Shown: piece by piece, positions 7,299-11,873 of the stretch
How the letters are laid out: each line of letters opens with the position of its first letter
Numbering within the stretch: position 1 is the stretch's first letter
DNA from: a virus
Lineage: Duplodnaviria; Heunggongvirae; Uroviricota; Caudoviricetes
Length of the DNA: 11,873 nt
Reading direction: 5' to 3' (one strand)
Virus record (IMG/VR): IMGVR_UViG_2695420792_000013
Coordinates: 1 to 11,873 of that record
Notes under the pieces: generated by a model
What the model saw: the letters and a program-made list of their open reading frames with translations, nothing else
The model's database searches: none
Told to the model about the DNA's origin: nothing
Made by a program: the position numbers and the translations under genes

Positions 7299-8764
7299 CA
7301 GACACTACCCTTTCGTACTTTCATAGCAGTTGCATAAGGGTCTAGCTCATTGTCAAATATGAATGGTGAATGCGTTATGGCAATTATTTGCCTAACATTT
7401 TCACCCGCATTCAAATCTGGTAATATCATCCGTTGCCACTCTATCGATAACGAAAGTTCCGGTTCATCTATTAATATTATTTTAGGGGTATTATCATTAA
7501 GATAAATCGTAGCCATTAGCGAAATTACTTGTTTCTCACCTGAAGATAAGTCATTAAGAGAGATGCGATCTCCTGTATATGTATCTTTTACGATAACTTC
7601 TAATCTTTGAGGATCAAATTTTAGAGATTTAGAATCACCTGCTGATGAAAGATATTTATCACAAACAGCAACGAATTTCTCAATTTTTGACTCTTGCTCT
7701 TTTGTTTCTTGTATAACCGAGTTTAATTGAGTTAAAAAATATTTCAAGTAAGTGATGTTTTTTATTTCATCTTTGTTATATAGCAATTTAAGCGAATCAA
7801 TTAAAGATTTCTTTTTTGATTCAGATGCTCTTTTTTCTCGCAAATTTGTACCAGTATCCTCAACTCGATTAAGGAATCTTTCCAAATCCTCTATAGAAGG
7901 TAGTGCATTTTGTTCTTTAGCTATCCGCTCATTGTTACCATATTTAATTAAATCCTCAAGCATTTTGGCACTTAAAGATCTATAGCCAAGGTTTGATGTC
8001 CTTTCAATTTCTAAAGTTAGACCTTTTAAAGCATCTTCGACATCCTTTAACCCATATGAAATGCCATCACGTTGTAGTTTCATCCCTCTTTTTCTACCAA
8101 ACATGCGAGGGTGAAGATTTTCTCTTTCTTCCCTAGGTGTCGTCTCAAAACTTTTTTCTACCCTTCGATATGTTGGTAGAAATATAACGTCTAAATCCCT
8201 AAGCGCTTCAGCAACCACTCTAAAATTATTATTTTTAGAGTAATGCATTTTTAAATTATGCTGTTCCTTATTCTTCATTTTATTAACTATGTTGTCTTTT
8301 AGTTCTCTTAGAAAATGATTTATATAATCCTTTGGGTATTTTACGGTATTATATAGGTCATTGACTAAAGCATCATCATTGAATTCATTTTGCTTCGAGT
8401 CAATTAAAGTCTTCGCAAACTTGGTAATATCACGATCATCCCAAAATGACTCATTAAGAGAAAATCTTTCATTGAGGAATGCTTTTATTTCACCAAAAGG
8501 TATTAAAGATGCTCTTTCATTTTTAATTTCAACCTCCTCATGACCAAGAATCTTTATGAATATTGATTTAAAATCAATTCTCATAAGGTTTGTAAAATCT
8601 TGCTCGAGAAGAAGTCTTATAGCATTAAGTATGGTTGTTTTTCCTGCGCCGTTCTCGGATACGAAAACTGTTGTCTTGCCTTTCATTTTCATAGTTATAT
8701 CTTTATAACCATGAACTCCTGTCATTCTAAAATATTCAATCGGGTAATTATTACGTGTAGTCAT
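7298..8764 (-). CDS. ABC-type ATPase with coiled-coil insertion, AriA-like
   Basis: 488-aa ORF. Walker A ENGAGKTT (codons at about 8633-8650). Signature-like LSSGEKQ. Walker B IILIDEPE (D-E codons at 7463-7468). H-loop ITHSP. A long K/E/L-rich middle segment suggests a coiled coil. AGGAGA Shine-Dalgarno 4 nt upstream of the ATG. AT-rich. Confidence 0.75.
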   Translation of the reverse strand: MTTRNNYPIEYFRMTGVHGYKDITMKMKGKTTVFVSENGAGKTTILNAIRLLLEQDFTNLMRIDFKSIFIKILGHEEVEIKNERASLIPFGEIKAFLNERFSLNESFWDDRDITKFAKTLIDSKQNEFNDDALVNDLYNTVKYPKDYINHFLRELKDNIVNKMKNKEQHNLKMHYSKNNNFRVVAEALRDLDVIFLPTYRRVEKSFETTPREERENLHPRMFGRKRGMKLQRDGISYGLKDVEDALKGLTLEIERTSNLGYRSLSAKMLEDLIKYGNNERIAKEQNALPSIEDLERFLNRVEDTGTNLREKRASESKKKSLIDSLKLLYNKDEIKNITYLKYFLTQLNSVIQETKEQESKIEKFVAVCDKYLSSAGDSKSLKFDPQRLEVIVKDTYTGDRISLNDLSSGEKQVISLMATIYLNDNTPKIILIDEPELSLSIEWQRMILPDLNAGENVRQIIAITHSPFIFDNELDPYATAMKVRKGSV

Positions 8765-9010
8765 TATGTCTCCTTTCGTCTACATTACTAAAATCAGTTA
8801 GTCAATTTTCTTAAAAACTAAAGTAACAGAAGCTTTCGATATATTTGAACAGCTAATTCATACAGCAAAGTCAAACTTAATTCAACTATCCATCAGGCGG
8901 TGCACGATTCGTACAGCGCAACCCACAGTTGATTCAACTCGGATTATAATAATTGCAGATATTTTTTGCGATTTCCAGTGGCTACTAGTCATTTTATTGT
9001 GATCCCTAAA

Positions 9011-9029
9011 CCACCTCCTGGGGAGGTGG
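9011..9029. repeat. Subterminal palindrome of the IS200-like element (left)
   Basis: Perfect 8-bp stem with 3-nt loop, seen directly. Confidence 0.6.
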
Positions 9030-9117
9030 TGATTGATCCTGTAAGGCTATAGCCTGAAGAATGCCCATGTCGGAATATCTCTGCTTACTCACCACAAGTA
9101 AAAGGAGACAAACTGAC

Positions 9118-9552
9118 ATGGGGTTTTACAGAAGTTCATCATATGTATATTGGCGTTGCAAATATCACATAGTCTGGACGGCAAAGTACCGTTTTAGGAT
9201 CCTGAGGGATAAATTGGGCAAGGAGCTGTACAGAACCATCTATATTCTTTGCGGAATAAAAGATTGTGAGGTTCTGGAGTTAAATGTACAGGCAGATCAT
9301 GTGCATCTTGTCGTAATAGTGCCGCCAAAAATCTCAATATCTACTCTGATGGGGCACCTGAAAGGTCGCAGTGCAATCAGACTCTACAATCGATTCCCGC
9401 ATATCAGGAAGAAGTTATGGGGAAACCATTTTTGGTCGTGGGGTTACTTTGTTGATACGGTAGGCGTGAACGAAGAAATTATCAGACGATATGCGAGGTA
9501 TCAGGAAAAGATGGAGCAAACACATGAACAGCAGATGGAGTTGCTAGAGTAG
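9118..9552 (+). CDS. tnpA: IS200/IS605-family Y1 (HUH) transposase TnpA
   Basis: Motifs CKYHIVW, HUH in HVHLVV, and catalytic Tyr context WGYFVDTVG. Listed ORF starts at 9061, but the ATG at 9118 follows an AAGGAGA Shine-Dalgarno and gives a family-typical 144 aa. A GC hairpin at 9572-9589 follows the stop. Confidence 0.8.
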   Translation: MGFYRSSSYVYWRCKYHIVWTAKYRFRILRDKLGKELYRTIYILCGIKDCEVLELNVQADHVHLVVIVPPKISISTLMGHLKGRSAIRLYNRFPHIRKKLWGNHFWSWGYFVDTVGVNEEIIRRYARYQEKMEQTHEQQMELLE

Positions 9553-9600
9553 AAAACGGAATATGACATTCGCCCCCCTTATAGGGGGCATTCTGAAAAG

Positions 9601-9619
9601 CCACCTCCTCAGGAGGTGG
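9601..9619. repeat. Subterminal palindrome of the IS200-like element (right)
   Basis: Perfect 8-bp stem with 3-nt loop, near-identical to the left copy. Confidence 0.6.
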
Positions 9620-9752
9620 TCTTTTACTTCTACTGTGTTTGATGCATGAATTTGCATTCGAGTTTTTCTGAGCGTTGCCTTGTCAGTTGTAGGTCTTGTG
9701 GGGTTGGGGTGGCCTAATGCAACTGCATTATTAGCGCCCTATGAAGCGGGCG

Positions 9753-9771
9753 GGCGAGGCGGGGAAAGCAC
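9753..9771. other. P2-type cos site (19-nt cohesive-end sequence)
   Basis: GGCGAGGCGGGGAAAGCAC matches the P2 cohesive end as I recall it. The flanking sequence resembles the P2 genome termini, and it lies just upstream of the 3' end of portal gene Q, as in P2. Confidence 0.6.
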
Positions 9772-9913
9772 TGCGCGCTGGCGGTGGTGCTGATTTTATT
9801 TTTTCAGCGTCTGAGCGCGTTGTGATGGCGTTTAGATTGTTCGCCGGGGCGTTGGTGTGTATGCGGGCTGTTTTGTGCGGTGGTGAGCGTGTGAGGGCGT
9901 GATGGCGGGGTGT

Positions 9914-9935
9914 AAAAAAGCCGCCCGCAGGCGGC
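9914..9935 (-). terminator. Intrinsic terminator downstream of Q (minus strand)
   Basis: On the minus strand: GCCGCC-TGCG-GGCGGC stem-loop followed by TTTTTT, immediately after the Q stop codon at 9941-9943. Confidence 0.6.
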
Positions 9936-9940
9936 GATGT

Positions 9941-10440
9941 TCAGCCGTTGTCAGTGTCCAGTGAGTAGTTTTTAAAGCGGATGACCTCCTGACCGAGCCA
10001 GCCGTTTATCTCGCGGATCCTGTCCTGTAACGGGATAAGCTCATTGCGGACAAAGACCTTTGCCACTTTCTCAATATCACCCAGCGACCCGACGTTCTCC
10101 GGCTTGCCGCCCATCAACTGAAAGGGGATGCGGTGCGCGTCCAGCAGGTCTGCGGCGCTGGCTTTTTTGATATTAAAAAAATCATCCTTCGTTGCCACTT
10201 CACTGAGCGGGATAATTTTAATGCCGTCGGCTTTCCCTTGTGGGGCATAGAGAAACAGGTTTTTAAAGTTGTTGCGGCCTTTCGACTTCACCATGTTTTC
10301 GCGGAGCATTTCGATATCGTTGCGATCCTGCACGGCATCGGTGACGTACATGATGTATCCGGCATGTGCGCCGTTTTCGTAATACTTGCGGCGGAACAGC
10401 GTGGCCGACTCATTCAGCCAGAGCCAAAGGTCGTATTGGT
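9941..10440 (-). pseudogene. Q: Portal protein Q-like gene, C-terminal fragment only (5'-truncated)
   Basis: Listed ORF 9941-10351 (136 aa). The frame stays open upstream to about 10456 without a plausible start. Position and orientation next to cos match P2 Q, which is about 340 aa, so most of the N-terminus is missing. 5' boundary approximate. Confidence 0.6.
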
Positions 10441-10623
10441 GGCAGACGTCCGAAACTCACCGCGAGTGAGTGGGAGCAGGTCGGACGGTTGCTGGATGCG
10501 GGGGAATCTCGTCAACGCGTGGCGCTGATTTTTGATATTGGCCTGTCCACGCTCTATAAGAAATTCCCCTCATCAGCGACAAAGAATAAATTGTGTCATC
10601 CCTTAGCCAACCGGGACAAATAG
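10414..10623 (+). pseudogene. Serine DNA invertase (Gin/Pin/Hin family), C-terminal HTH fragment
   Basis: KGRIGGRRPKLTASEWEQVGRLLDAGESRQRVALIFDIGLSTLYKKFP resembles the C-terminal DNA-binding domain of Gin/Hin-type invertases. No N-terminal catalytic domain is present. The listed ORF start at 10366 is probably fortuitous. 5' boundary approximate. Confidence 0.65.
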
Positions 10624-10682
10624 CCTGACATCTCCGGCACAACTGAAAATACCACTCACCCATTAACCACGGAGTTAAACGG

Positions 10683-11873
10683 ATGAGTGACTATCATCAC
10701 GGCGTGCAGGTGCTGGAGATTAACGACGGCCCCCGCGTCATTTCCACCGTATCCACTGCCATTGTCGGCATGGTCTGCACGGCCAGCGATGCGGATGCGG
10801 AAACCTTCCCCCTCAATAAACCTGTGCTGATTACCAATGTGCAGAGCGCAATTGCAAAGGCCGGTAAAAAAGGCACGCTGGCGGCATCGTTGCAGGCCAT
10901 CGCTGACCAGTCAAAACCGGTCACCGTTGTCGTGCGCGTGGAAGACGGCACCGGTGATGACGAGGAAACGAAACTCGCGCAGACCGTTTCCAATATCATC
11001 GGCACCACCGACGAAAACGGTCAGTACACCGGACTAAAAGCCCTGCTGGCGGCGGAGTCGGTTACCGGTGTTAAACCGCGTATTCTCGGTGTGCCGGGAC
11101 TGGACACCAAAGAGGTGGCGGTTGCACTGGCATCAGTCTGTCAGAAGCTGCGCGCTTTCGGGTATATCAGCGCATGGGGCTGTAAAACCATTTCCGAGGT
11201 GAAAGCCTACCGCCAGAATTTCAGCCAGCGAGAGCTGATGGTCATCTGGCCGGATTTCCTCGCATGGGATACGGTCGCCAGTACCACCGCCACCGCGTAT
11301 GCCACCGCCCGTGCGCTGGGTCTGCGTGCCAAAATCGACCAGGAGCAGGGCTGGCATAAAACGCTGTCCAACGTCGGGGTAAACGGTGTTACCGGCATCA
11401 GTGCCTCTGTATTCTGGGATTTGCAGGAGTCCGGCACCGATGCTGACCTGTTGAACGAGTCAGGTGTCACAACGCTGATTCGCCGTGACGGTTTCCGCTT
11501 CTGGGGTAACCGTACCTGCTCTGATGACCCGCTGTTCCTCTTTGAAAACTACACCCGCACCGCGCAGGTGCTGGCCGACACGATGGCTGAGGCGCACATG
11601 TGGGCGGTGGACAAGCCCATCACTGCAACGCTGATTCGCGACATCGTTGACGGCATCAATGCCAAATTCCGTGAGCTGAAAACAAACGGCTATATCGTGG
11701 ATGCGACCTGCTGGTTCAGCGAAGAATCCAACGATGCGGAAACCCTCAAGGCCGGAAAACTGTATATCGACTACGACTATACACCGGTGCCTCCTCTCGA
11801 AAACCTGACCCTGCGCCAGCGTATTACCGATAAATACCTGGCAAATCTGGTCACCTCGGTTAACAGCAATTAA
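10683..11873 (+). CDS. FI: Contractile tail sheath protein, P2 FI-like
   Basis: 396-aa ORF, the length of P2 FI. The N-terminus MSDYHHGVQVLEI matches my recollection of P2 FI. GGAG Shine-Dalgarno 8 nt upstream. The TAA stop coincides with the window end. Confidence 0.9.
   Translation: MSDYHHGVQVLEINDGPRVISTVSTAIVGMVCTASDADAETFPLNKPVLITNVQSAIAKAGKKGTLAASLQAIADQSKPVTVVVRVEDGTGDDEETKLAQTVSNIIGTTDENGQYTGLKALLAAESVTGVKPRILGVPGLDTKEVAVALASVCQKLRAFGYISAWGCKTISEVKAYRQNFSQRELMVIWPDFLAWDTVASTTATAYATARALGLRAKIDQEQGWHKTLSNVGVNGVTGISASVFWDLQESGTDADLLNESGVTTLIRRDGFRFWGNRTCSDDPLFLFENYTRTAQVLADTMAEAHMWAVDKPITATLIRDIVDGINAKFRELKTNGYIVDATCWFSEESNDAETLKAGKLYIDYDYTPVPPLENLTLRQRITDKYLANLVTSVNSN

Larger units (their letters stand above)
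8995..9635 (+). mobile_element. IS200/IS605-family insertion sequence (tnpA only); boundaries approximate
   Basis: A Y1 HUH transposase gene flanked by two near-identical perfect palindromes in the same orientation: CCACCTCC-TGG-GGAGGTGG at 9011-9029 and CCACCTCC-TCA-GGAGGTGG at 9601-9619. This is the subterminal hairpin architecture of the family. Exact ends cannot be set without a reference copy. Confidence 0.6.

Noticed and set aside
6472-8791. Plus-strand ORFs 6472-6687, 7752-7985, 8361-8543 and 8600-8791 opposite the ATPase/nuclease genes
   Set aside because: Short antisense ORFs in AT-rich DNA, where stop-free stretches arise by chance. The minus-strand genes have coherent motifs and translational coupling.
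9640-9913. Possible small genes in the GC-rich, G/T-skewed sequence around cos
   Set aside because: This interval matches my recollection of the non-coding termini of P2 (cos and packaging region). No ORFs of meaningful length are present.
10133-10528. 131-aa plus-strand ORF bridging the portal fragment and the invertase fragment
   Set aside because: A chimeric reading frame created across the deletion junction. It is antisense to the portal remnant and out of frame with the invertase-like segment.
10457-11470. ORFs 10457-10663 (-), 10697-11008 (-), 10837-11037 (+), 11133-11357 (-) and 11207-11470 (-)
   Set aside because: Shadow ORFs overlapping the invertase remnant or the strongly supported tail sheath gene FI.
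1-11873. CRISPR arrays, tRNA or rRNA genes
   Set aside because: No regularly spaced direct repeats with unique spacers were found. No cloverleaf-like tRNA candidate near the att core, consistent with P2-type integration outside tRNA genes. No rRNA-like sequence.

Overview
This window reads as the left arm of a defective P2-family prophage in an enterobacterial (E. coli-like) chromosome. Left to right: a host lipoprotein gene; a P2-type attachment core (attL); int (-); immunity repressor C (-); a divergent operator region; the early operon cox, B, four small ORFs including a TraR-like zinc finger, and the rolling-circle replication initiator A (+). Downstream of A, where P2 carries its tin/old accessory locus, sits an AT-rich two-gene minus-strand operon: an ABC-type ATPase (488 aa) translationally coupled to a TOPRIM/DUF4435-like nuclease (284 aa). 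This is the most interesting feature and is best explained as a PARIS-like (AriA/AriB-type) anti-phage module, unverified. Next come an IS200/IS605-family element (tnpA flanked by near-identical palindromes), the P2 cos site, and only the C-terminal part of portal gene Q. Q is fused at a deletion junction to the C-terminal remnant of a Gin/Pin-like invertase, followed by an intact tail sheath gene FI. The capsid, lysis, baseplate and tail-fibre genes therefore appear to be deleted. All homology statements come from reading motifs and from remembered P2 sequence and organisation; no database search was run.
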